Below are positions 7,814 through 17,984 of a stretch of 64,000 bases of DNA, in pieces. Source of the DNA: Candidatus Poribacteria bacterium (GTDB taxonomy: Bacteria > Poribacteria > WGA-4E > PCPOR2b). A program made the position numbers and the translations under genes. The stretch spans positions 1,376,001 to 1,440,000 of the forward strand of contig OZ244587.1 in NCBI GenBank assembly GCA_965218095.1. The letters are read 5' to 3'. The notes beneath the pieces were generated by a model. It worked only from the letters and a program-made list of their open reading frames with translations. It was not told the origin of the DNA and made no database searches. Within the stretch, counting starts at the first letter, position 1. Each line of letters opens with the position of its first letter.

Positions 7814-8207
7814 ATGAGGACTTGCTCGGAATTGACGCCGGAAGCATGGAAGCATATCGTGCGACAGTGCGACAACGTGGGGAAAAAGCAAAGCGGGAGT
7901 GGGCCAAACGACGTGAGCGTGCATGGAATATAGCGGAGCAGGCGACAATGCTGTTGCGACAATGCTGTTGAAGGAGAAGTTTGGGGCCGTTCAGGTGGCA
8001 GTATTTGGATCGCTTGTTCATGGGCATTGGTTTTCTCCGACATCGGACATCGACTTATCCGTCTGGGGCTTGAAATATGAAGACTACTTCGTCGCTGTCG
8101 CCAAACTCCAAGGACTCTCGCCGGAGTTTAAGATTGATCTCGTATCGACGGAGCATTGTAAACCATCGTTAAGGGAGGTCATCATACAGGAAGGAAAATT
8201 GCTATGA
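7814..8207 (+). pseudogene. Minimal nucleotidyltransferase (MNT antitoxin), frameshifted
   Basis: VFGSLV..SDIDL..KIDLV motifs; 14-bp tandem duplication GCGACAATGCTGTT (7942-7969) breaks the frame. Confidence 0.8.
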
Positions 8208-8458
8208 AGCAAACCTACCTAACTGTTGCAGGCCGCATTCGGCGTGAGTTACAGGAGTTAACGCAAGTCGTTGAGCGGACAATAAACATCTGGCAGCAAG
8301 AAATACAATCTTCTGATGATTACGTGGACGCAACGGCGTTGAACCTGCCCGGCTTTTACGCTGGAATAGAGCGTGTGTTTGAGATTATTATGGAGCAAGT
8401 TTCGCAAGAACTGCTCGCGTTCGCTGATTTTCTGGAACAAGCAGCGGTAGATAGTTGA
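8204..8458 (+). pseudogene. HEPN-type toxin with an internal deletion
   Basis: ALNL.GFYAGIERVFE.I N-terminal part joined directly to ..LLAFADFLE C-terminal helix; no R-x4-6-H motif; translationally coupled to the MNT gene. Confidence 0.65.
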
Positions 8459-8477
8459 ATCCACCGACTTTGCATTT

Positions 8478-8580
8478 AGAGTCTATCCGGAAAATAACCT
8501 CACCCCCGGCCCCTCTCCCGATCTGGGTAGGGAGCCGGGGTTAGGTTTTTACAGTTAAACGGACTCCCCGGATAGGCTTT
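8478..8580. repeat. MITE-like element with an internal GC-rich hairpin
   Basis: AGAGTCTATCCGG...CCGGATAGGCTTT inverted ends (11/13) around AACCTCACCCCCGGCCCCT..AGGGAGCCGGGGTTAGGTT. Confidence 0.55.
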
Positions 8581-8613
8581 TAGTGGTCTTCTCGCTTAGT
8601 CGGTATGGTCTGC

Positions 8614-8678
8614 TGAGATCTTTCACTTCGCTCAAGATGACAGAATTTGTCATTCTGAGCCGAAGGCGGAGAATCTCA
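8614..8678. repeat. REP-like inverted pair
   Basis: TGAGATCTTTCACTTCGCTCAAGATGACA / TGTCATTCTGAGCCGAAGGCGGAGAATCTCA; a related GAGATTCTTCGCTGCACTC lies near 16511. Confidence 0.6.
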
Positions 8679-8735
8679 CCGTTCCCTATGAGTTTAGCAG
8701 AAGAACCACTTAGTACGAAATAAACAATACGTTCT

Positions 8736-10766
8736 ATGTGCGGCATTACCGGAGCAATATCCCTCAATCATAGTCCCCTCGAAGTGAATCGTCTGAAACC
8801 GATGGTGGACATTATCTCCCACAGGGGCCCTGATGATGCCGGGTATCTCGTCTGGCAGACGGGCGTACATCACCTGCGTGGGTTCTCGCATAGCCAAGAT
8901 TTCACGGATAGCCAATTTCGAGATATTTGTCCACTCTCCCCTGTCATTGATTCCCCGTTGGGCCAGGAAAGGTTGGCTTCCGAAAAATGGGATCTGTTTT
9001 TCGGACATCGGCGGTTGTCGATTATTGATCTTTCCCCGCGTGGACATCAACCGATGTGCGATAAGCTGCGTGAAATTTGGCTGACCTATAATGGGGAGAT
9101 CTATAATTTCAAGGAACTGCGTCAAGAATTGAAGGGGCTCGGTTATGACTTCGTCAGCACGTCCGACACAGAAGTCATCATTCACGCCTACCGCGAGTGG
9201 GGCGCCAACTGTATCCAGCGATTCAACGGCATGTTCGCCTTTGCCCTGTACGATGATCGGGCGAAAAAAGTTCTGCTCACCCGAGATCGCTATGGGGTTA
9301 AGCCGCTCTACTACACAGTCACGGAGGGCGGTACGTTTCTATTCGCTTCCGAGATTAAGTCGATTCTCAGCTATCTGCCCGCTTGCCCCGTCGTAGACCT
9401 CGCGGCGCTCAACGAATATTTTTCATTCCAAAACATCTTCAGTGCTCGCACCCTCTTTGCCGGGGTGAAGTTGCTCCTGCCGGGGCGTTATATGGAGATT
9501 GATCTATTGAGCGGGACGATCCGCGGCAAACGATACTGGGATTTCGATTTCAGTCAAGAGATGGAGGTTTCTGAGGGCGAAATTGAAGACCGACTCTACG
9601 GGCTGTTGACGCAAGCGGTCAAACGGCAGTGCGTCAGCGACGTCCCCATCGGCAGCTACCTGAGCGGCGGCATGGATTCCGGCAGTGTGACCGCCATTAC
9701 CGCCTCTGCCTTCGGGCGCATCTCCACGTTTACAACAGGCTTTGATCTCTCGGAAGCCGCCGCCCATGAGATGAGTTTCGATGAACGAGAGTTAGCCGAG
9801 CACATGGCGAACCTGTTTCAAACGGAGCATTACGAGTGTGTGCTGCACTCCGGGGATATGGAAGCAATCATGCCGAATCTGATCTGGCATCTGGAAGATT
9901 TGCGTGTGGGACAGTGTTATCCGAACTACTATATCGCACGCCTGGCGAGCAAGTTTGTCAAGGTGGTCATGTCTGGAATAGGCGGAGATGAGTTATTCGG
10001 TGGCTATCCCTGGCGGTACGCAGCAGCAATTGGGAATAACCTCGGAAGCTATACCGACAATTATTACTACTACTGGCAGCGATTGGTCCGCAATAAAGAG
10101 AAATCTCTACTTTTCAACCAGGGCGTCGGAGAGCGATTGCGGAAAATGAATATTGATGGCGCGATTCCTTTCAAGAACCATACCATGACGGCCTTCCGAA
10201 ACGTCTATCCTAGAGAGATTCAATGCAACAGTATTGAGGAACAGATCAACCACTCGCTCTACTTTGAATGCAAGACGTTTCTACACGGCTTGCTTGTGGT
10301 TGAGGACAAAATTTCGATGGCGCACTCCCTCGAAACACGCGTGCCGTTTCTCGACAATGATTTGGTCGATTTCGCCTGTCAAGTCCCCGTGCGTCACAAG
10401 ATTGCGAATCTGCATAACCTGAAATCATTCGATGAGAATGTTCCGCGGAAGAAACGAATTTACATGGACAGGACGGATGTCGGTAAGAGTGCGCTGCGCA
10501 AAACGATGGAAAGGATTATTCCTGAGTCGATTACGCGAGCCAAAAAGCAGGGCTTCAGCGCACCTGATGAATCGTGGTTTCGCGGCCGGAGCGAAAAATA
10601 TGTGCGGGACCTCCTGCTGGATGATAGGGCACGCATTAACGAATATCTCAATCCCGAATATGTGCGAAGGATTATCGAGCTCCATACTTCCGGCGCACAG
10701 AACAAACGGCTCCTAATCTGGTCGTTGTTAAGCTTTGAGTGGTGGCTGAAGAAGTTTATGGATTGA
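8736..10766 (+). CDS. asnB: Asparagine synthase (glutamine-hydrolysing)-family amidotransferase, polysaccharide-cluster type
   Basis: MCGI N-terminal Cys, HRGPDD, GHRRLSIID, YNGEIYN, LSGGMDS, GGDELFGGY, ETRVPFLD. Confidence 0.92.
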   Translation: MCGITGAISLNHSPLEVNRLKPMVDIISHRGPDDAGYLVWQTGVHHLRGFSHSQDFTDSQFRDICPLSPVIDSPLGQERLASEKWDLFFGHRRLSIIDLSPRGHQPMCDKLREIWLTYNGEIYNFKELRQELKGLGYDFVSTSDTEVIIHAYREWGANCIQRFNGMFAFALYDDRAKKVLLTRDRYGVKPLYYTVTEGGTFLFASEIKSILSYLPACPVVDLAALNEYFSFQNIFSARTLFAGVKLLLPGRYMEIDLLSGTIRGKRYWDFDFSQEMEVSEGEIEDRLYGLLTQAVKRQCVSDVPIGSYLSGGMDSGSVTAITASAFGRISTFTTGFDLSEAAAHEMSFDERELAEHMANLFQTEHYECVLHSGDMEAIMPNLIWHLEDLRVGQCYPNYYIARLASKFVKVVMSGIGGDELFGGYPWRYAAAIGNNLGSYTDNYYYYWQRLVRNKEKSLLFNQGVGERLRKMNIDGAIPFKNHTMTAFRNVYPREIQCNSIEEQINHSLYFECKTFLHGLLVVEDKISMAHSLETRVPFLDNDLVDFACQVPVRHKIANLHNLKSFDENVPRKKRIYMDRTDVGKSALRKTMERIIPESITRAKKQGFSAPDESWFRGRSEKYVRDLLLDDRARINEYLNPEYVRRIIELHTSGAQNKRLLIWSLLSFEWWLKKFMD

Positions 10767-10822
10767 GGATTAAAGATTGGAGATGACGATCCATTAAACA
10801 ATCTACAAGGAGGAGACATGAA

Positions 10823-11531
10823 ATGGCTTTCACTGTAGAGGATTATCACGATTTGGTTCAATTGCTGTCTGAACGCTCAGAATGGCGCTCGGAGTTATGA
10901 CACTTGTTGCTCTCTGATAAATTGCTCGCTTTATCAGAGATAGTCAGGGAGTTAGGCGCAGCAGCGCACTGAAGAAAGGCTATCCGGCGTTAAAGAACGG
11001 CTCTCTCAGCTAGAAGCAGCAATACAGCACCTAATTGAGCAGGTATCTGCGCTGACCGAGAGCCAACGACAGACAGATAACACAGCCGGCAGGCTAAAAG
11101 GCGAACTGCTAGAGCTTACCTACCGCAACAAAATCTATGGATATTTTGGGCATCTTATGCGCCGGCTGAAGGTCGTAGATCTGTTCACAATAGATGAAGC
11201 GTTAGAAGCGCCCCTTGCTCCTGGCGAATTCCGAGACGTTTTCCGTCTGGACTTGATAGCTACCGAGCAATTGCGAGAGCCTCCGGGGGCGCCTCAGATT
11301 TGGCTAGCGATCGAAATTTTGTCTGTGGTAGATAGAGACGACATGGATCGGGTCTGGCGACGGGCAGGGCTGATTCGCCGTACCGGGTATCCCGCTTTAC
11401 CCGTCGCTGCCGGAGAACAGGCAACGTCGAGAGCAGAGGGGGCCATCCGCAATCAGAACGTAATACTGATGCGGGATGGACGGGAGAAGTTCTGGGATAA
11501 AGCCGTGTCGGCCTGGATCAACCCTCCGTAA
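10823..11531 (+). pseudogene. Coiled-coil + putative nuclease-fold hypothetical gene, disrupted
   Basis: AGGAGG RBS; MAFTVEDYHDLVQLLSERSEWRSEL then a stop and frameshifts; C-terminal part survives as ORF 11157-11531. Confidence 0.6.
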
Positions 11532-11588
11532 AATGTGAGTTTATATGCCCTCCTTCGTAGCAGAAACAAAGTAAATGGACTTACAAAC

Positions 11589-12671
11589 ATGGATATTGAA
11601 ATCCTGACATCCGCTGATGAACAGGCGTACGAGGCAATGCTCCACGAGAAGGCGGATACCCTGCTCTACACCTCCCTCAAGTACCGAAATCTTTTGCGGG
11701 GATATCTTGATGCGGAAGACTGCTACTTAATCGCCAAGCAAGAACGCGGCGTCATTGGTGCGCTCCCTTTATTTCTGAAGAAGAACAGGACTTACGGAAA
11801 CGTTCTGAACTCCCTTCCATTCTACGGCAGCAATGGCGGCGTGATCGTCTCGCCACGAGTGACGGATCTGGAGACAGTCATCAGGGCCTTGATCGAGGCG
11901 CTTCATCGCTTGGTTCGCGAGAGGGATGTTGTCATTGCAACGGTGATTACTAGCCCTTTCGAGCGGCACCGCCGGCTTTACGAGGCATATCTCAATCCCA
12001 CTTTTCGAGATAGCCGGGTTGGTCAGGTTGCTTGCTTGCCTCAATTTGGTGGCGACATCGAACACGCAATAATGACAATGATTGGCTCAAAAAGACGCGG
12101 AGATATCCGCAAAGCCCGTAAGCGCAGGATTGAGTATACACATTCCTCAGATATAGAAATCCTCCGTTTTCTGGCAGATACGCATCGAGAAAACATGCGG
12201 GCTATTGGGGGCGCCCCCAAGGACTGGAGGTTCTTCAGAAGCGCGCGAGAGATTTTTGCGTATGATGCAGACTATCACGTCTATGTCGCCACATTAGATG
12301 GGCAGCTAATCAGCGCATTACTGGTCTTTTACTACAACAACATGGTCGAATATTTTACCCCTGCAACTGTGGAAAAATATCGTTCGCTTCAGCCCAACAG
12401 CTTGCTTATCTTTGAAGCGATGAAGGACGCAATCCATCGAGGGTATCGCTATTGGAACTTTGGCGGTACGTGGAACACCCAAGATGGCGTATACCATTTT
12501 AAGAAGCGGTGGGGGGCGCGAGACATGCTTTATGACTACTACATCATCACTTATCGGGATATAGGCCATCTCTTGGAAATGCATCCGCAAGAGATACTTG
12601 CTGAGTACCCATTTTTTTATGTGGTACCGTTTGATCTTTTACGAAGCAGGGAAGGAGAGATTATTGCGTGA
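11589..12671 (+). CDS. FemAB/GNAT-family acyl- or aminoacyl-transferase
   Basis: NSLPFYGSNGG, RGDIRKA, WNFGGT, GVYHFKKRWGA. Confidence 0.85.
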   Translation: MDIEILTSADEQAYEAMLHEKADTLLYTSLKYRNLLRGYLDAEDCYLIAKQERGVIGALPLFLKKNRTYGNVLNSLPFYGSNGGVIVSPRVTDLETVIRALIEALHRLVRERDVVIATVITSPFERHRRLYEAYLNPTFRDSRVGQVACLPQFGGDIEHAIMTMIGSKRRGDIRKARKRRIEYTHSSDIEILRFLADTHRENMRAIGGAPKDWRFFRSAREIFAYDADYHVYVATLDGQLISALLVFYYNNMVEYFTPATVEKYRSLQPNSLLIFEAMKDAIHRGYRYWNFGGTWNTQDGVYHFKKRWGARDMLYDYYIITYRDIGHLLEMHPQEILAEYPFFYVVPFDLLRSREGEIIA

Positions 12672-13623
12672 CGATATCCGTGACCGACTCCTGCAAGAAG
12701 TCAATAACTTCTTAGCCCCACTTGAGGAATGGCAGGTTAGCCAATTTACACAACCACAGTTTCCCGTCGTTTTTGTGATTGGCACACCACGCTGTGGACA
12801 CACCTTACTTTCCCAACTGCTTGCAGCAAGTGGAGGCTTCGCATATATCAACAATTTTGTGGCGCGTTTTTGGATGGTGCCTGCGATCGGCGCCCAAATC
12901 GAACTTGCTCTTGGCATATGTGAACAGCAGCAGGGACAAAGCTATTCTTCCGAATACGGTAGAACGACAGGCTGGGCAGGACCTCACGAATTCGGGTGTT
13001 TTTTGCGGCGGTGGCTGCCTTTTGGGGAAACACACAAAGTTGAGCTTGAAGCATTGTCTCAAGAAACGGCAAACAGATTCGCTCAAGAAGTCGCAGCGTT
13101 AGAAGCGGTTTATGGCAAACCGCTCTTTCTCCGAAACATCATCTATAGTCTGAATATAGACTTACTCTTGAAAATCTTCCCGAATTCCGTTTTTGTTGTG
13201 TGCAGAAGAGAAGTGCTATATCAGGCGCAGTCAATCCTAATTGCTCGGCGAAAAATCGCGGGCGACAAACAGAATTGGTGGTCTTTGCGGCCAAAGGAAT
13301 ATCGAGGCCTCATTCGCTCGCCGGTTTGGGAACAAATCGCCGGACAGATCTACTACACATACAAGGACATCGAAACGAATTTGGCTCAAGCAGACCGGAG
13401 ACGGTGGTTGGAGGTTCACTATTCTGATTTATGCCGAGAGCCTCAAGCGCAGGTAGGGAAAATTGTTAAAGTTGTAGAAAGATTAGGAAAGCGCACGGAT
13501 TGGAAGTCGGATACAATTCCGGATCAATTCGATTCTACGGACGTCCAGCGGGTGAGTGATGCGGACTTTCAAAAGCTGCGTGAGGCGGTCCAACGCTATT
13601 TTGGGAATGACTTAGCAGATTAA
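12664..13623 (+). CDS. PAPS-dependent sulfotransferase family protein
   Basis: VFVIGTPRCGHTLL 5'-PSB loop, GPHEFG, RRE..YQAQS, YSDLC.EP; probable TTG start after AAGGAG. Confidence 0.85.
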   Translation: MRDDIRDRLLQEVNNFLAPLEEWQVSQFTQPQFPVVFVIGTPRCGHTLLSQLLAASGGFAYINNFVARFWMVPAIGAQIELALGICEQQQGQSYSSEYGRTTGWAGPHEFGCFLRRWLPFGETHKVELEALSQETANRFAQEVAALEAVYGKPLFLRNIIYSLNIDLLLKIFPNSVFVVCRREVLYQAQSILIARRKIAGDKQNWWSLRPKEYRGLIRSPVWEQIAGQIYYTYKDIETNLAQADRRRWLEVHYSDLCREPQAQVGKIVKVVERLGKRTDWKSDTIPDQFDSTDVQRVSDADFQKLREAVQRYFGNDLAD

Positions 13624-13624
13624 A

Positions 13625-14899
13625 ATGAAAATTAACTTTATTGGTAATGTATGCAACAACGCTTATGTCATCACCAAGTTCTTGAGAAAGAAGGGGGTTG
13701 ATGCACGTCTGTTTGTGTTGAAGCCGTATCATAGACAATATCTGCCGGAATCGGAGGATCCGGAACTGTTGAACAGCTATCCGGAATGGATCGAAACCAT
13801 AGACGCGAGCCATTTCTGTTGCGAGCACCCTTTCCTTCGGCATCCATTCTATGAACGTTCCCTCTTGAAACGGCTGGAAGACTGCGATATTATTCACTCT
13901 TTTGATTGGGGACACGCCTATGCCCAGTTTTGTCGTCGTCCATTTATTTTCCATGTATCGGGGGCGGATCTGAATTACTACCCTTTTGTGCGCTTTAAGC
14001 CAGATCTCCGTGCAGGGAATTTGTCGAATCTGATGCAATCACTGAAAATGGGAAAAGGGAGACGTGAGGCTTTTGGACGATGTGTGATGGGCCTTCATTC
14101 AGGGTGGTTGGGGTTGCTCATGCGAAGAGCAATTAAGATGTCCGCCATGGTTTGCACAGGCACAAGTGTTTCGAGTCACTATAGCATACAAAAGCTCGGC
14201 ATTCGCAATGTCGCCTATTTGCCGCTGATTATGGATTGCGAGAAATTTCGGAGGCGAGCAGATAACGGCAAAAATCTCAGTCTAACTGGTAAGAAAGAAT
14301 TTACGGTTTTCTCTTCTACAAGGCATGTGTGGGGACAGTCAGGATACAGGGGCGCCAAAAATAATTTCAGTACGGGAGACATGAAAGCGAATGATCGAGC
14401 GATAAACGCCTTTGCACGCTTTGTTCGAGAGAAGGATGAAAAGGCGCGATTGTTCATGGTTGAAACGGGCAGGCATGTCTGGAAATCAAAAGGGTTGATT
14501 GAGGCGCTTGGCGCTGAATCCAATGTAACGTGGCTGCCGCACATGCCCCGGCACGAATTGGTAGATTGGTACTCATGGGCAGACGTTGTCTTTGATCAAT
14601 TCCTGATTGGTGGCATGGGGACAGCCGCTTTAGAGGCGATTGCCTGCGAAGTTCCTCTGATTACCTACCTATATAAAGATGGTTATTACTTTAACAGGGT
14701 ATATGGGGAAGTCCCACCCGTGCTGAACTGTCATACCGAAGAAGATATATATCATGCACTATGCTGGTGTTACGACAATCGCGTAGCAGCGAGGCAATTG
14801 GGGGAACAAACCAGACACTGGGTCTGGCGTCATCACCATTGGGAAAACCTGATCGGTAAATACATCGATTTGTATCAGCAAATACGTTGCGAGCAATAG
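13625..14899 (+). CDS. GT-B fold (family 4-like) glycosyltransferase
   Basis: WADVVFDQF.IG.MG..ALEAIACEVPLI C-terminal motif. Confidence 0.85.
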   Translation: MKINFIGNVCNNAYVITKFLRKKGVDARLFVLKPYHRQYLPESEDPELLNSYPEWIETIDASHFCCEHPFLRHPFYERSLLKRLEDCDIIHSFDWGHAYAQFCRRPFIFHVSGADLNYYPFVRFKPDLRAGNLSNLMQSLKMGKGRREAFGRCVMGLHSGWLGLLMRRAIKMSAMVCTGTSVSSHYSIQKLGIRNVAYLPLIMDCEKFRRRADNGKNLSLTGKKEFTVFSSTRHVWGQSGYRGAKNNFSTGDMKANDRAINAFARFVREKDEKARLFMVETGRHVWKSKGLIEALGAESNVTWLPHMPRHELVDWYSWADVVFDQFLIGGMGTAALEAIACEVPLITYLYKDGYYFNRVYGEVPPVLNCHTEEDIYHALCWCYDNRVAARQLGEQTRHWVWRHHHWENLIGKYIDLYQQIRCEQ

Positions 14900-14917
14900 G
14901 TTTCACCAAATCAGCCA

Positions 14918-16393
14918 ATGATCAATCAATTGAAACAGATCGCCAATCACGTCGTCATCTATTCTATTGGCAGTTGGATGAGCCGATTCCTGACCTTTTT
15001 TTTGCTTCCGATTTATACAAGGGTTTTCGCTCTAGAGCAGTACGGTCAATTGGATATACTGACTTTGACCAACTCGTTTCTGGGGCTTTTTTTGTGTCTA
15101 GGAACCACACAAGGAGTGTCGCGCTATTTCTGTCCTGAAGATAATGAAGAACAAAGGATGCGCATCGCTTCAACGGGATTAATCTTCTTATGGGTTGTTT
15201 TTTCTGGCTTTATTATGGTTCTTATCCTTCTCAGAACGCATATCAGCCAATTTTTATTGCATGATGTCCGTCAGGGAAACCTGGTTGTCCTAGCGTTTTC
15301 CAGTGGTTTGCCCTCTGTAACCTACCACTACATGCTGAGTCTTTACCGCTACCGCTTACTTCCTAAGAAATATCTTATGTTCTCCCTGGGGCAACTGTTT
15401 CTTAACGTTTTATTGGTTGTAACATTTGTGCTCGTCCTACGATATGGCATAGCAGGCATTTTTTTGAGCCAGATGATTTCGTTTTCGCTGATGAGCCTGG
15501 TAATGGGAATTGATTCCAGAAACTATATCCGCAACTGTTTTTCATTTTCAATTCTGAAAGATCTGATTCAATTTGGACTTCCCCTGGTCCCATCTAGCCT
15601 TGCGATGTATCTGATGAATTATTCCGGTCGATATTTCATCGGAAGTATGCGGGGGATGCGTGAAGTCGGATTGTATGGAATTGCATACCGATTGGGGCAG
15701 ATTGTCACCATAATTACGGCGGGTTTCGGTGCAGCATGGCCACCCTTCATCTATTCCAACTTTCAAAAACCCAATGGTAAGCAGTTATTCGCCAAAATCT
15801 TAGATTTCTATTCGACAGGGCTATTTCTCATCTTATGTGGGATAGGGCTCTTCTCGGAAGAATTGTTAAAAGTATTTGCAACGGAGAAATATTACGCAGC
15901 AGCCGGCGTTGTCCCCCTCATCTGCATTGGATTGGGGATGTATTTCATCGGCGGTTACTTTCCAATAGGCATTGGTATTTCTAAAAAGACATATCATCGA
16001 TTATGGGTGGGGATTGCAGCGTCGGGGCTGAACATAACGCTGAATATTGTGCTTATTCCCAAGTATGGAATGTATGGGAGCGCGCTGGCGACAATTATTT
16101 CCTATCTTTTTTTTGCGACAGCATTGCTGTGGATATCGCATCGTCTGTATCCAATTCCGTACTCCTATCTGAAAATTGGCCTGTGTTGGCTTCTGGGATT
16201 CGGTATCGTGTTGATTACATTCCGATTCTTTTTGAAGCCTCCGTCTTCGTTTTTGTCAGGGCTATCTCAAAAGTTACTTATCTTCAGCATTTGTGTTTGT
16301 GTGCCTTTGCTGACAAGTGTCATCAACCTGAACGATCTGAAGGCCGGGATAAGATTCATTCAAACCCATACGGGTTGGGTGTTTAAGAGATGA
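14918..16393 (+). CDS. Oligosaccharide flippase (Wzx/MOP family)
   Basis: About 14 TM segments; FFLLPIYTR, FGLPLVP, VGLYGIAYRL, LIPKYGMYGSALAT. Confidence 0.9.
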   Translation: MINQLKQIANHVVIYSIGSWMSRFLTFFLLPIYTRVFALEQYGQLDILTLTNSFLGLFLCLGTTQGVSRYFCPEDNEEQRMRIASTGLIFLWVVFSGFIMVLILLRTHISQFLLHDVRQGNLVVLAFSSGLPSVTYHYMLSLYRYRLLPKKYLMFSLGQLFLNVLLVVTFVLVLRYGIAGIFLSQMISFSLMSLVMGIDSRNYIRNCFSFSILKDLIQFGLPLVPSSLAMYLMNYSGRYFIGSMRGMREVGLYGIAYRLGQIVTIITAGFGAAWPPFIYSNFQKPNGKQLFAKILDFYSTGLFLILCGIGLFSEELLKVFATEKYYAAAGVVPLICIGLGMYFIGGYFPIGIGISKKTYHRLWVGIAASGLNITLNIVLIPKYGMYGSALATIISYLFFATALLWISHRLYPIPYSYLKIGLCWLLGFGIVLITFRFFLKPPSSFLSGLSQKLLIFSICVCVPLLTSVINLNDLKAGIRFIQTHTGWVFKR

Positions 16394-17297
16394 AAACAAG
16401 GGGATGGAGTCAATCCCCAGGGTTTTTCTTTAGACGAACTTATAGCGAGTAAAACGCGCGTTTCTCCCGTCAGCCTCAACGAAGTGAAGCATCTCTTGCA
16501 CCTTAACAAGGAGATTCTTCGCTGCACTCTATTAGACTTCCAAGAAACTACTCGCAATGAGTTCGACGCAACGTGCCGGTCGTGATGGATCTGCCAATCA
16601 AGGTGTTTGGGGGTGACTCTAAGGAACTTTTTTCTGTTGACACACACAGGGAATGGATGTATTATATCTTCTCTGTAAAGATAGACAGCATCGCAGGTGA
16701 CAAACCCTGAAGAAGAATCTCCACTTTAACTTTCGTGGAACGTCAATCAAGACACCCAAAATTTTAGGATTTTGCCAAGAGTATCCGATTGAAACAATAT
16801 ATTTTACTGCAACATATCTTCTTCATCAAACTGAAACGAAGCATGCTCTGGTTGATTCTATTTCTTTTCCTGTGTAGTTGTGTGGAATCTTTCCAAGCGC
16901 TTCCTACCCTCGACCTCAATGACCTTTTTATATTTGGTACAATTGTGACTGACAATCGTAGCAAGTACTGTTTGGAAACTGGCAATTAATATGCTTTACC
17001 GATTTTTAGCTAGGTAATGCCTCTCAGCGAATGGGGTTAAATCATCTTACCCAGCGACGTGCCCGCCCACGAAAGTTGGCGTTGCGGACATTTTGTAAAG
17101 GGAAGCTGACCTTAGAACTTCACGGCTTAAATAAGTGGGCAGTTGTAGGAGTCCAAGCGACCTCACTCTACTACTCACTTTCGCGCAACTTGTCAACATT
17201 TATTTGACAACGAATCGCTTGAAAATAGTTCTGATAAACTTCATTTTACAGATCGACGAGCGGATTCGCGATTAGGAGGTGTAACAGGAGCAGGCGG

Positions 17298-17654
17298 ATG
17301 AAAACAGCACTTATCACCGGTCAAGACGGGGCATATCTTGCTCAGTTTTTGTTGGCTAAAGATTATAAAGTCTACGGCATGACTCGCCGAACCTCTTTCA
17401 CAGAACCGGACGAACAGTTGGTCTACCTGAGGATTGAAGACTAGGTTAAACTCATCAGTGGGGACCTCCATGATCTCTCATCGCTGGTACGGGTCTTGAC
17501 GGAGGTACAACCGAATGAGGTCTACAACCTCGCTGCCCAAAGTTTCGTCCATGTCTCTTTTCATCAACCCCTGCTGACAGGGGACATTACGGGACTTGGG
17601 GCGGCTCGGATGTTGGAGGCGATACGGTTGGTCAAACCAGATGTTCGGTATTAA
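17298..17654 (+). pseudogene. gmd: GDP-mannose 4,6-dehydratase, 5' fragment
   Basis: [15 protein letters not shown] (one GIT unit lost)..EVYNLAAQSFVHVSF; in-frame stop; truncated. Confidence 0.9.
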
Positions 17655-17838
17655 AATTGATGACATCAACACCTTCAACTTGAACGCTTTTTGTTTGCGC
17701 TATCTCTTCAGCAACTGTTAATGTCCCACAACCAAAATCCAAAACCTTTTCATTTTCGTTGATATATGGTAAGGATAATATTAAGTAAGCCGGGTTTCTC
17801 GCTTTTTGAAAATAATCTCTTTCAATGCTTTCTTCACA
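17632..17838 (-). pseudogene. Class I SAM-dependent methyltransferase fragment
   Basis: EKVLDFGCGT motif I; truncated against gmd. Confidence 0.65.
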
Positions 17839-17913
17839 GTATGGATAGGTAGATTCCTTGCGGAATTTTCTCCCCATCAGAACCGTGCGTGCGACTTTCA
17901 TCGCACACAGCTC
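17839..17913 (-). ncRNA. Group II intron domains V-VI (3' end)
   Basis: GAGCTGTGTGCGATGAAAGTCGCACGCACGGTTC (AGC triad, GAAA loop, 2-nt bulge), then DVI ..GGGGAGA..CTACCTATCCATAC ending in AC. Confidence 0.88.
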
Positions 17914-17984
17914 GCATTGTCAATTACTGATTATCCTATACCGATAATGCTCACCTTCTGGTAAAATAGGCTGTCTAGCTATAT

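Noticed and set aside
17632-17901. 89-aa ORF as an intact methyltransferase
   Set aside because: Its first ~21 codons are group II intron DV-DVI sequence and the domain is truncated.
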